64,000 nt of DNA from Myxococcales bacterium (lineage in GTDB: Bacteria; Desulfobacterota; Binatia; UTPRO1; JBBIJE01). This document shows, piece after piece, positions 8,662-18,001 of the stretch. Both the position numbers and the translations under genes were made by a program. Position 1 is the first letter of the stretch, and each line of letters begins with the position of its first letter. The stretch covers positions 11,318 through 75,317 of the forward strand of contig JBBIJE010000015.1 of the NCBI GenBank assembly GCA_037446155.1. The letters are read 5' to 3'. The notes beneath the pieces were generated by a model. The model worked only from the letters and a program-made list of their open reading frames with translations, was not told where the DNA came from and ran no database searches.

Positions 8662-10788
8662 CTAACGCTTGTCTACGAGCACCAGCCCGGTCACCTCGAA
8701 GCTTCCGAACTTATCGCCGACGGCAAGGGGCTGCGAGCAGGAAACGTGTATGACGTCGTGCTCTACGATCGCGCCTTCGAAGAGGACGTCGATCCACAGG
8801 TCTCCTCTGAGGGCGCCCTTGCCGGCCGCCGCCCCACCCGCGGTGACCTCGTCGCCCAGCGCAACCGGAAAGGCATCGAGCACCGTGCTGCTCCCGGAGC
8901 GGCCGACCACCCATACGGGGGAGGCGAAATCGGCGCCCTCGCAAGGGGAGCCTCCTGAATCGTCGTCGTCCTTCTTGTCCTTCGAGGGGCAGCCACAGCT
9001 CGCCTTGTCCCCCTGGTCGTTGTCGCTAGCCGAACAGCCCTCTCCGGTGTAGCGAAGCGTGACCGAGGCCACCTTCTTTCCTTCGGTGCAGGCTACAGGT
9101 GCGCTTTGCACGGTAACTACTGCCGAGGCACTGGCGTTGCACGACTGGCCCCCTTCGAGCTCTCCGGAGACCAGAACCTGGTTTTCCGTGGTCTCCGTGA
9201 TGAGTGTGGTCGCCTGGAGCGTCGCTTTTTCTCCGGGGGGAAGCTCGGCGATCGGGCTTTCGGGGAGCTCCCCCAGCTTATCGTCGATTACGGTGATCCC
9301 GAAGAGCGTGGCATTGCCCGCGTTGGTGACCTCGTAGGTATAGGTCACATTGTCGGCGAGCGAGTGGAGGCCGCCCTCGGTGGTTTGGAGAGCTACGACT
9401 TCGAGGCTTCCGAAGCGGTCCCCCGGATTGAGCGGCCGCGAGCAGGAGGTATGGATGAGATCGAACTCCACCACGGCGCCGCTTGCGTTTCTTACGGTGA
9501 CGCGGGTCTCCGAGCTCAATATCCCGCTGGCAGCGGCTGCTACCACGACGCTGTCGCCCAGGGCGACGCCCGCTTGGTCGAGCAGAACCTGATCGTTCTT
9601 ATCGCGCGCCACTATGCGCACGGGGCTTGCGAACGCGGCATCGCCCGTACAGCTCGCCTTCGTGCCCTGCTGATTGTCGCTCGCACCGCAGCCCCGCCCG
9701 TCGTAGCGAAGCTCCATCCATTCGACCTTCCCCTGGCAGGCGTTATCGGGGGGAGGAGGAAGAGTGTCCGGCGACGCAGTTTTGGTTACCTCGATGCGGC
9801 AGACCGGTGCCGGGGTCGGCGTGGGGGTGGCGGTCGGCTTCGGTGTAGGCGTGGGAGTCGGCGTCTCGGCCGGGGTCGGTGTCAACGGTGGCCCTTCGGT
9901 GCAGTCGTTGCTGCATCCGTCGGTATCTACGCCGTTGCCGTCATCGCACTCTTCGCCGTCATCCAGGAAGCCGTCGCCGCAGACGGGAAGCTCGAGTTGC
10001 AAGCCAAAGTCGCTGCGAACCTTCCTGGCTATGAGCCGCCCCGAGAAGTCACCGTTGCCCATTCCGACTTTCGCGAAACGAGCGTCGATCAAAGCCCGCA
10101 CCACGGTACGCTTGCCGAAGCGAAGGGATCCGCCCGCGAGATTGATCTTGGGCCTGCTGCCGCCAGGCGGTGGGCTCAAGAGGCTCCCGTTGCTGATTAC
10201 CACCGAAGACACCACGTTTATCACGGTAGGAGATGCCGTGACGACCAATACCCCCTTGCCGATCTTTAGTCTGCACATCGTGTAGGTGCCGCCGGATAGC
10301 GTTACGGTGGCATCGTCGCGAAATACGATATTGCCATAGACACCAGGGGGCAGAACCGCTCCTTCGCCACGTCGCACCGTTATGGCCGGGCCGCCGCAGA
10401 GGAAATCGGCTACGGGCGGAAGGACCGGTATAATCGGCGGGGTAAAGCTCTGGGGCCCCGATCCCCGCACGATCGCCGGGTCGAATCTTCCGCTCACAGT
10501 GTTTGCGAAAAGGTCGTAGATACTAGAGCCGGCGCCGATCCGGGTTATATCCCCCACAACTTCCGTCCCATCCGCAAGAAAGGAGCCCCTTCCCATGCTG
10601 AGCTTCCCGCCGGTTTCGTTGACGCCGATGCTTCCCGTGGCGTGGGGATTTTTTAGCTTCGCCGATTCCAGCGCGAAAATCACGTAGTCTTCCAGATCGG
10701 TCGACTGCGCTTGGGCTTGCGGCGCACCCAGCGCCCCTGCGATAAACGCGAACAGCGCGGCTGTTGCGATTCTCTTTGGCAAAAGCAT
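8662..10788 (-). CDS. Secreted modular protein: beta-solenoid, Myxococcus-type Cys-rich repeat, PT linker, Ig-like domain and two IHxSCS domains
   Basis: AAAGGAG RBS; signal peptide ending AQA; CGDGFLDDGEECDDGNGVDTDGCSNDC; (TP)n linker; VTYTYEVTNAGN Ig-like strand; duplicated LRYxGxGCxASDNxQGxKASC...IHxSCSxPLxxGDxFGS. Confidence 0.8.
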   Translation of the reverse strand: MLLPKRIATAALFAFIAGALGAPQAQAQSTDLEDYVIFALESAKLKNPHATGSIGVNETGGKLSMGRGSFLADGTEVVGDITRIGAGSSIYDLFANTVSGRFDPAIVRGSGPQSFTPPIIPVLPPVADFLCGGPAITVRRGEGAVLPPGVYGNIVFRDDATVTLSGGTYTMCRLKIGKGVLVVTASPTVINVVSSVVISNGSLLSPPPGGSRPKINLAGGSLRFGKRTVVRALIDARFAKVGMGNGDFSGRLIARKVRSDFGLQLELPVCGDGFLDDGEECDDGNGVDTDGCSNDCTEGPPLTPTPAETPTPTPTPKPTATPTPTPAPVCRIEVTKTASPDTLPPPPDNACQGKVEWMELRYDGRGCGASDNQQGTKASCTGDAAFASPVRIVARDKNDQVLLDQAGVALGDSVVVAAAASGILSSETRVTVRNASGAVVEFDLIHTSCSRPLNPGDRFGSLEVVALQTTEGGLHSLADNVTYTYEVTNAGNATLFGITVIDDKLGELPESPIAELPPGEKATLQATTLITETTENQVLVSGELEGGQSCNASASAVVTVQSAPVACTEGKKVASVTLRYTGEGCSASDNDQGDKASCGCPSKDKKDDDDSGGSPCEGADFASPVWVVGRSGSSTVLDAFPVALGDEVTAGGAAAGKGALRGDLWIDVLFEGAIVEHDVIHVSCSQPLAVGDKFGSFEVTGLVLVDKR
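9810..9885 (-). repeat. Pro/Thr-rich linker (low-complexity coding repeat)
   Basis: Encodes TPTPAETPTPTPTPKPTATPTPTPAP. Confidence 0.7.
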
Positions 10789-10976
10789 GAGAACTCCTTT
10801 TCGAGAGGGCAATTCGTGGTACCGTTGCAAGGTCGCTCTGCTTCCTCCAGGTACGCTGGAGGATCCCGGCAAGATGTTTGGGGTAAGCCCTTGCCGGTGG
10901 GTCGAAGTGGCACTAGAACTCATCATCCAAAGGGCTCGGCCGAAGCTGAGTAGATCCCCGCACCCGGTTTACCGGG

Positions 10977-10991
10977 GCAAACGACATGCCA
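10977..10991 (-). promoter_or_regulatory. Sigma-54 (-24/-12) promoter candidate
   Basis: Minus strand TGGCATG-TCGT-TTGC with exact GG-N10-GC spacing, ~190 nt upstream of the ATG at 10788. Confidence 0.6.
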
Positions 10992-11839
10992 TTCGGCTCA
11001 CGATTATCGCTGCGTTTTCTTTGGTTCGCTGTCTGGCACAAGTGCACGATGGTGGGTCAAGCTCGCATAGGCGCAGTGCGGCGGAGACGCGGTCGGGTGT
11101 TCGCCTGCCGGGGCTTGGTTCGAAGCCCGGCTAGAAAGCGATTGGGGTTGCTTTTTCTGCTTGTGGCGGCGGATTCAGGCGCGGTGGTCGCGGGCGGACC
11201 TTCGGCCGCCCGACCCGGCGATTGGGGCAGGCGCGTGTCGGGGCTTCCCCAAGATTTTACGACCCGAGACTTTCTGGTATCTGGAACCGAGCGGGCCGAA
11301 AGACCGCACGCTTTCACCCCCCTTCTTCGCTCGCCCGGGAGGGCTCGTCGCCGCAGGAGCAGTATCCCTTGTGCCCTGGCAGGGAGGAGATGACCCCCCG
11401 AGGTGGCGAGGCTTCCGGCGCGGTCGGGGAAAGAGGCCTGGAGCGTTCGGGCGAATCTTACTCGGTTCGCGGCACCTTCGTCCGAGGGCCAACCCGACCG
11501 GGTGCTCCGCGACACCCACGTTCCCCGGGTGTCCGGGTAGGGCGCTCACGAGGTGACCTGGGAAGCCCCGGTGCACGGCGTATTCCACCCCAGATTGACC
11601 GCCCCCGCGGGCTTCGAGGCGGGCTCGGGCATGTACATGAACACCGCGCTCCCGAGCAGAGAGCCGCGCTCTTGCGCGATGCCGCTCGGGGCTGAGAACT
11701 TTTTTAAGCGAGCTCTCGCTCCAAGCGTTGCGATCCTTGCGATTCACCGAGCCCATCCCCCGACTCTTTTGGCGGCTCAGGCCTGTGGAAAAGCGGGGCG
11801 GGGTGTGCTTATCTTGACAGGGCCGAGGGGGACTACGAG

Positions 11840-12337
11840 ATGCTCGAGCGGTACACACCCGCCATCGTTTTTCTCCTGACGATGCTCGTTGGTGGAGCGG
11901 TCCTCCTCGATCAGGGCATGCAGGACGGGCCGCTTGGCAGCCTCTCTCTTTTCATAACACATCTGTCGCGGGTGGCGATCGAATCGACTGGAATGGGAGT
12001 TGTCCAGTCGAACAGAGTGCTTGCGTCGCCGGACGGCTCCTTTGCCATGCGTGTCGATAACGATTGTAACGGCGCCTGGGCGCATCTCATTCTCTTGGCC
12101 AGCATATTGGCTTACCCGGCGAGCTGGAGGGAAAGGGTCATCGGGATATTGATCGGCCAGCCTGTGCTTTTTGCGCTTAACGTCTTTCGGGTGGCAAGCC
12201 TCTTTTTCGTGGGCATCTTCGCGCCTTCCGTGTTTCGAGCCACCCATGTCTTCGTGTGGCAGTTTCTCATAATCGCGTTGGCGCTCCTGATTCTCTTCGT
12301 ATGGGTTGATCGCGTTGTCGAGCGCGAGGCCCACTAG
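11840..12337 (+). CDS. xrtH: Exosortase/archaeosortase family transpeptidase, exosortase H-like
   Basis: Catalytic triad motifs Cys (VDNDCNG), Arg (LNVFRVASL) and His (THVFVWQ); ILAYPASWRER; short multi-TM protein. Confidence 0.75.
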   Translation: MLERYTPAIVFLLTMLVGGAVLLDQGMQDGPLGSLSLFITHLSRVAIESTGMGVVQSNRVLASPDGSFAMRVDNDCNGAWAHLILLASILAYPASWRERVIGILIGQPVLFALNVFRVASLFFVGIFAPSVFRATHVFVWQFLIIALALLILFVWVDRVVEREAH

Positions 12338-12956
12338 CCTGACTAGGGCGGGGCTTTTCTTCCTCGCCTGGTTCGCGGCGCTCACCGCCCTTTGGGCGGC
12401 TTTGGCCGAGCGGTACTACGATCATTCGATAATATGGTTGTCGCGCATCGTCCTTGCCACGATAGAGGGGGAGCCGATGACGGGTAAGATCGAGCTTCAG
12501 GGGTTCGATGCCGTCGTAAGTCACAGAGGTCGAGCGGCGGCCATACCAGCCCAGCGGCTCGAGCTCAGGACACACGAGAACAACACTCCACTCCTCCTTG
12601 CGCTTATCCTCGCCACACCCTGGCTTTCTTGGCGAGGGCGCCTGAAAACGGCTTTGGCGGCGCTTCCCCTTCTTTGCGCGACGCACGTTTTCCATTTTGT
12701 GGTATCGGTTCATTGGCTCTATGCCTGGGAAAACGTGGGCCCTTATCGCGTCACCGATCTGAGCTATCTAAAGAGAACTTTCTGGCAGAGCCTCGATAAC
12801 CCCGCTCAGGTGAGAAAGTACGTCGTCAATTACACGTATCATTTCTACACTCACGTGGGGCGCTTGCTCATGCCGATTCTCCTTTGGATGGTTTTCGCTG
12901 CCATCCCGCCGCGGTGGAGAGGTCCTGGGGGGCTGGAGAAGAAGCGGCACCCTTGA
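12306..12956 (+). CDS. Exosortase-associated membrane protein (start uncertain)
   Basis: Adjoins or overlaps the xrtH-like gene; TM segments; NTPLLLALILATP and MPILLWM motifs as seen in exosortase partner proteins. Confidence 0.6.
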   Translation: MIALSSARPTSLTRAGLFFLAWFAALTALWAALAERYYDHSIIWLSRIVLATIEGEPMTGKIELQGFDAVVSHRGRAAAIPAQRLELRTHENNTPLLLALILATPWLSWRGRLKTALAALPLLCATHVFHFVVSVHWLYAWENVGPYRVTDLSYLKRTFWQSLDNPAQVRKYVVNYTYHFYTHVGRLLMPILLWMVFAAIPPRWRGPGGLEKKRHP

Positions 12957-13103
12957 TTTGCTCTGGCACCACTGGCTTGGCGGCCGAGGTTGCAAGGGTG
13001 GTGTGGATCGGGGAATAATGCTATGCGGCAGCGGGCCTCGGATCCAATGCCTTGAACTTTTGCCAGCGGGCCGGCAATCGGAAGAAGGCGGGAGGCGAGT
13101 CGT

Positions 13104-14381
13104 ATGAGTTCGCGTTCAGGCTTTGCGAGCATCACCTTCGTAGCGGCGGTTTCGTGCGTGGGGCTTGTCTTAGCTCAGGGGTGCGAGCGATCGCCCCGGC
13201 TCGGTTGGCAGGAGCCCGATCTTCTGTTGGCTCAGGCGCAGTTTAAGGACGAGGCCGGCTCCGATGGCAAGAAACGGCAGGTGCCGGGTGCCGCAAGGCT
13301 CCTCATGGTCTACGCGACCCCGCAGGGGTGGCGCTCCCGGGTGCTGGAGGACCCCGAGAGCAACGTTTTTCACAAGGCCATTTTTTTCCAGCCGCTCCAA
13401 GGTTCTTCCGGCATTCTCACGATAGGCGCCAATGCCGCGGTGCTCAAGCTGTGGCGGCCGCGTGGTAGCGAGTGGGCAGCCGAGACCCTGTGGCGGGCCA
13501 CGTTCGGCGGAAAGCAGGATCGTCTGCGAGACATGGAGGTAGGGGATGTGACCGGCGACGGTATTGCGGACGTGGTGATCGCCACGCACGACCAGGGTGT
13601 GGTCGAGGTACTGGAGCAGACGAAAGAAGGATTTGCGCCGCACGAGCTTTCCCGAAAGGCCAGGACCTTCGTACACGAGATCGAGCTAGGAGACGTAGAT
13701 GGGGATGGCAAGCTCGAGATCTTTGCCACCCCGAGCGCGCCCAACAAACTCGACGGGAGCATTCAGCCGGGACAGATCGAGATGTTCGAGCAGCGAGCGC
13801 CGGGTTCCTTCGAAAGCAGGATCGTGGAGGAGTTTCCAACGCGACACGTGAAAGAGATCTTGGTTTACGATCTCGAGGGATCGGGTCGTCCCACCCTCTT
13901 CGCATCCCTGGAGGGGGAGGAAATCGGCAAGGGGAAAGCCGGCTCGAACAGCATGATAAGGGCGTATCGCTTCTCGGATGGGGGCGTGAGCGGGCAGGAC
14001 GTGATCCCGCTTCCCGGTTCGCTTTGCAGGTTTTTGACCGGCGGAGACGTGGATGGGGATGGCAAGAACGAGCTTGTGGCATCGACCTTCGCTTCCGGGA
14101 TCTGGTTGATCCGCCACACGAAGGACGGTTGGACGAAGCAGCTCATAGACGATCAGTCTTCCGCTTTCGAGCACGCGACCCTGATCTTCGACTTGGACGG
14201 GGACGGGAAAAAGGAAATCTATGTGGCTGCGGACGATCAGAATCTCCTGCGGCGTTACGACTGGCAGGGGGATGGACGATTCAAGAGGACGGATTTGCTG
14301 GAGCTAGGCGGGGGAGGCAGAATTACCTTCAATATGGAGCCGTATCGGCCATTCATCAGACAAAGGGCGGGGAGCCCATGA
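13104..14381 (+). CDS. FG-GAP/VCBS repeat lipoprotein (beta-propeller)
   Basis: Lipobox LAQGC; four repeats GDVTGDGIADV, GDVDGDGKLEI, GDVDGDGKNEL, FDLDGDGKKEI. Confidence 0.85.
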   Translation: MSSRSGFASITFVAAVSCVGLVLAQGCERSPRLGWQEPDLLLAQAQFKDEAGSDGKKRQVPGAARLLMVYATPQGWRSRVLEDPESNVFHKAIFFQPLQGSSGILTIGANAAVLKLWRPRGSEWAAETLWRATFGGKQDRLRDMEVGDVTGDGIADVVIATHDQGVVEVLEQTKEGFAPHELSRKARTFVHEIELGDVDGDGKLEIFATPSAPNKLDGSIQPGQIEMFEQRAPGSFESRIVEEFPTRHVKEILVYDLEGSGRPTLFASLEGEEIGKGKAGSNSMIRAYRFSDGGVSGQDVIPLPGSLCRFLTGGDVDGDGKNELVASTFASGIWLIRHTKDGWTKQLIDDQSSAFEHATLIFDLDGDGKKEIYVAADDQNLLRRYDWQGDGRFKRTDLLELGGGGRITFNMEPYRPFIRQRAGSP

Positions 14382-14396
14382 GCGGGCGGTGCGCTG

Positions 14397-15065
14397 ATGG
14401 AGCTTCGGGAAACGATAGGGCGAAGGCGCAGCGTCCGGGCTTATAAACCCGACTCGCTTCCCCGCGAACTCGTGGAAGAGATCTTGCAGGCCGCCACCCA
14501 GGCTCCCTCCAATTCCAACATCCAGCCCTGGACTTTTTACGTGGTCACCGGGAAGAAGAAGGCCGAGCTCGACGCTCTGCTCATGCGATGCGTCGAGGAG
14601 GGAAGACCAACGAGCGGCGAGCTTCGGGAGAGTGGGGAGGCAGGGGACGAGGCCGAGCTTGCCCGCCTCAACTCGAACCGCGCGACGCTCATTCGCGGTG
14701 TCACGCAGGTCCTCGCCGAGAACGACCTGCCCGTGGACCTCTTTACCAAAGGGAGCTTTCGCTTTTACGGGGCGCCGGTGGCGATCGTCGTCACCATGGA
14801 CCGGTCGCAGGGCGAGGGAGTGGTGCTGGCGATCGGTGCCGCCATAGAAAATCTGCTTCTTGCGGCGGTGGATCGCGGCTTGGGTGGGTGCTGGATCGCG
14901 CTCACGGTTCGCTATTCCAAGGAGATCCGCGAGTTCTTGGGGATTCCCGCGGGCCAGCGCATCATCACCACGGTCGCTCTGGGGTATCCGGACGAGAACT
15001 CGCCGATCAACTCCTTCAAGTCGGGCCGCGAGCCGCTCCTGGAGCGAATCCGCTGGATCGAGTAG
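14397..15065 (+). CDS. Nitroreductase family protein
   Basis: RRSVRAY, APSNSNIQPW, ENLLLAAVDRGLGGC, ALGYP. Confidence 0.92.
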   Translation: MELRETIGRRRSVRAYKPDSLPRELVEEILQAATQAPSNSNIQPWTFYVVTGKKKAELDALLMRCVEEGRPTSGELRESGEAGDEAELARLNSNRATLIRGVTQVLAENDLPVDLFTKGSFRFYGAPVAIVVTMDRSQGEGVVLAIGAAIENLLLAAVDRGLGGCWIALTVRYSKEIREFLGIPAGQRIITTVALGYPDENSPINSFKSGREPLLERIRWIE

Positions 15066-15118
15066 GGACCGGGTGACTCCTCCGAGTCCACTGTCGTACT
15101 ACTTTCGGGAGAGACGGA

Positions 15119-16072
15119 ATGGCAGAGCGTATGGAGCCTAGGGTAGAGCGACTCTCCGAGCGAGTGGCGGCTTATTTGCAACCGCCTTGGGGACTGGGCC
15201 TAAGCAATGCCGGGGTTGTCGCGGGTGGGGGCGAGGCCGTTTTGGTCGATACTCTCTTTGACCTCGCGCACACCCGCGCCATGCTCGGCATGCTCGCGGA
15301 GCGAGCCGGAGTGGCCGCTGATCGGATCGGTTGGGTGGTCAATACACACCACAACGGGGATCACTGCTGGGGCAATCAGCTCCTGCCCGGGGCGAAGGTC
15401 GTGGCTCACCGCCGCTGCCGGGAGTTCATGCCTGTGCTGCCGCCCCAAATATTGGGGGGGATGATTTCCTCGCTCGAGGGAACTCGCGCAGCGTCCTATT
15501 TAAAGAGCGCTCTCTCCCCCTTCGATTTCAGCCAGATCGAACTTCGGCTGCCCACGGTAGTATTCGACGATGCGCTCACGCTTTTCGTCGGTGACGATCC
15601 GCTGGAGCTCATCTACGTGGGGCCGGCGCACACGGCGGGCGACATCGTCGCGTACTTTCCTCGCGACCGCATCGTATTTGCCGGCGACGTGGTTTTTCGT
15701 CTGTGTACGCCGATCGGGTGGGAAGGGACGTTCGGCAAATGGATCGGTGCTCTGGATAGGATTCTTTCTATTGAAGCAGATACCATTGTGCCGGGGCACG
15801 GGCCCATCTGCGGCCGAGAGGGGGTGGAGGAAATGCGGTCTTACCTGGGCTTCGTGTTCGAGGAATCGCGGCGGCTGTTCGAGGCGGGAGTGCCGCTTGG
15901 GGAGGCCGTTCGGCGCATCGATCCCGGGCCTTACGGCTCCTGGAGCGAGCCGGAAAGGGTGGTCTTCAATGTGGCTCGCGCGTACCGGGAGCTCAACGGG
16001 GAGCCGTGGGATCAGCCGGTGGATTTTCTCGCGTTGGCGGAGCTCATGGCGGAGCTGGCCCAGCCTTCTTAG
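15119..16072 (+). CDS. MBL-fold metallo-hydrolase (cyclase-like)
   Basis: NTHHNGDHCWGN, AHTAGD, FAGD, VPGHG. Confidence 0.9.
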   Translation: MAERMEPRVERLSERVAAYLQPPWGLGLSNAGVVAGGGEAVLVDTLFDLAHTRAMLGMLAERAGVAADRIGWVVNTHHNGDHCWGNQLLPGAKVVAHRRCREFMPVLPPQILGGMISSLEGTRAASYLKSALSPFDFSQIELRLPTVVFDDALTLFVGDDPLELIYVGPAHTAGDIVAYFPRDRIVFAGDVVFRLCTPIGWEGTFGKWIGALDRILSIEADTIVPGHGPICGREGVEEMRSYLGFVFEESRRLFEAGVPLGEAVRRIDPGPYGSWSEPERVVFNVARAYRELNGEPWDQPVDFLALAELMAELAQPS

Positions 16073-16139
16073 GCGGGTGGGCTTGTGGGGCAGCCTGGCC
16101 CCTTTACGGGTTCCGCTCTTTGGCCGATACTCATAGGGT

Positions 16140-17795
16140 ATGGACTGGCAACTTCGCAAACACCCCGATTTTCCGCCGCCCCGCGGCCCTCTCGTCATCG
16201 TCATCATGGACGGAGTCGGCGTGGGTCGCGCAGACGCTGGGGATGCTGTCTTTGCGGCCGCTACCCCGACGCTAGATCGACTGAAAAAGTCGGCTCCGTT
16301 TCGCACTCTGCGCGCGCACGGGACCGCCGTCGGCCTTCCCTCGGACGAGGACATGGGCAACTCCGAGGTGGGGCACAACGCGCTCGGGTGCGGGCGCGTG
16401 TACGACCAGGGCGCGAAGTTGGTGAATCGGGCGATAGAGTCGGGAGAGATTTTTCGCGGCGCCACCTGGAGAAAACTTACGGATCGCTGCTTGGAGCGCC
16501 GCACACCGCTTCATCTGATCGGGCTCCTCTCGGACGGGAACGTCCACAGCCACGAAGATCACCTCTTCGCGCTCATTCGGGAGGCCCACCGGATCGGGAT
16601 CAAGGAAGTTTACGTGCACGCCCTCCTCGATGGGCGAGACGTGCCCGAAACGTCCGCTCTTGTTTACGTCGATCGATTGGAGGCGCTCTTGCGCGAGTTC
16701 GATGGTACGGAAGGGAGGCGCTACCGGATAGCTTCCGGTGGGGGGCGGATGGTGACCACGATGGATCGCTACGAGGCCGATTGGCGGATCGTGGAGCGCG
16801 GCTGGAAAGCGCATGTCCTCGGGCAGGCAAGGGGTTTTTCTTCGGCCCGGGAAGCCATCGAGACCTACCGGCGGGAACAGCCCGGCGTGACCGATCAGTT
16901 CCTTCCTCCCTTCGTTATCGTGGAGAAGGGCGAGCCGGTGGGCCCGATTCGGGACGGATCCTCCGTGGTTTTTTTCAATTTTCGAGGAGATCGGGCGATC
17001 GAAATTAGCCGAGCCTTCGAGGAAGAGAATTTCGACAAGTTCGATCGCGGACCGAGGCCCGATTGCGAGTACGCGGGGATGATGCAGTATGACGGCGACC
17101 TGCTGATCCCTAAACAGTATCTCGTCTCCCCCCCTTTGATCGAGCGCACGATGGGGGAGTATCTGGCCCGTAACGGCATCCCCCAGCTTGCCGTGTCGGA
17201 GACGCAAAAATTCGGCCATGTCACGTACTTCTGGAACGGCAACCGAGGTGGCATGTTCGATCCGAAAACCGAGCGCTACATCGAGATTCCCTCCGACCGG
17301 GTGCCCTTCGAGACCCGGCCGGAGATGAAGGCGGCGGAGATCACCCGAGCCACAATCGACGCTTTGGCCGAAGGCAAGTATCGCTTGGCCAGGCTGAACT
17401 ACGCCAACGGAGACATGGTCGGCCACACCGGTGTTTTCAGGGCCGCGGTAGCCGCGGTCGAAGCGGTCGATCGGGCGTTGCGAGACCTTCTGGTGGCGGT
17501 GGCGGAAATGGGGGGAATCGCGCTCGTTACCGCGGATCACGGCAACGCAGATGAAATGTACGAGAGAAACAGCGACGGCTCTATCAAGCTCGCTCGTGAC
17601 TCCGGCAAGCCGGTGCCTCGAACGAGCCACAGCCTTAACCCCGTTCCCTTCTACGTAGTGCATCCCCGTGGGCAGGATCGGGTGCGGCTCAACCCTAACC
17701 TTCCCGACGCAGGCATCGCCAATGTGACCGCGACCGCCCTGAACCTTCTCGGCTTCTACGCGCCGCCCGACTACGCCCCGTCGCTTCTCCTGTGA
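16140..17795 (+). CDS. gpmI: 2,3-bisphosphoglycerate-independent phosphoglycerate mutase
   Basis: MGNSEVGH (catalytic Ser), SDGNVHSH, LDGRD, FNFRGDR, ETQKFGHVTYF, DMVGHTG, TADHGNA. Confidence 0.95.
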   Translation: MDWQLRKHPDFPPPRGPLVIVIMDGVGVGRADAGDAVFAAATPTLDRLKKSAPFRTLRAHGTAVGLPSDEDMGNSEVGHNALGCGRVYDQGAKLVNRAIESGEIFRGATWRKLTDRCLERRTPLHLIGLLSDGNVHSHEDHLFALIREAHRIGIKEVYVHALLDGRDVPETSALVYVDRLEALLREFDGTEGRRYRIASGGGRMVTTMDRYEADWRIVERGWKAHVLGQARGFSSAREAIETYRREQPGVTDQFLPPFVIVEKGEPVGPIRDGSSVVFFNFRGDRAIEISRAFEEENFDKFDRGPRPDCEYAGMMQYDGDLLIPKQYLVSPPLIERTMGEYLARNGIPQLAVSETQKFGHVTYFWNGNRGGMFDPKTERYIEIPSDRVPFETRPEMKAAEITRATIDALAEGKYRLARLNYANGDMVGHTGVFRAAVAAVEAVDRALRDLLVAVAEMGGIALVTADHGNADEMYERNSDGSIKLARDSGKPVPRTSHSLNPVPFYVVHPRGQDRVRLNPNLPDAGIANVTATALNLLGFYAPPDYAPSLLL

Positions 17796-18001
17796 GCTTC
17801 TACGCTTCGCGTCAACGCCGCGGCTTGAAAGTGTTCCTCGCCGCGTTTGCGTCTTGACGTCGGCGGTGGATTCTTCTACCCTTGGGGCTTGCGGTGGGCG
17901 GGGTGGTGGCGTAAGCGGCCGAATTGTAATCGAGAGGTCGAACATGCTGCCGGAACCGGTTACCTTGATAATGCACTGGGTTGACGCTGGGAGGTGCGGC
18001 A

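Noticed and set aside
11550-11615. Cobalamin-riboswitch-like fragment GGGAAGCCCCGGTG...GCCCCCGC
   Set aside because: It lacks the AAxTCC T-loop, ACTGT and B12-box elements, and the downstream gene (exosortase) is unrelated to B12.
11057-11879. Several 100-230 aa ORFs in the intergenic gap
   Set aside because: Arg/Pro/Gly-rich composition, mutual overlap, and no recognisable domain or convincing start.
16272-17945. Long antisense ORFs (557 aa here; similarly 19604-20974, 32882-34438, 39396-40748, 48645-49982)
   Set aside because: They lie opposite well-supported genes and show no motifs. Such shadow ORFs are expected in high-GC DNA.
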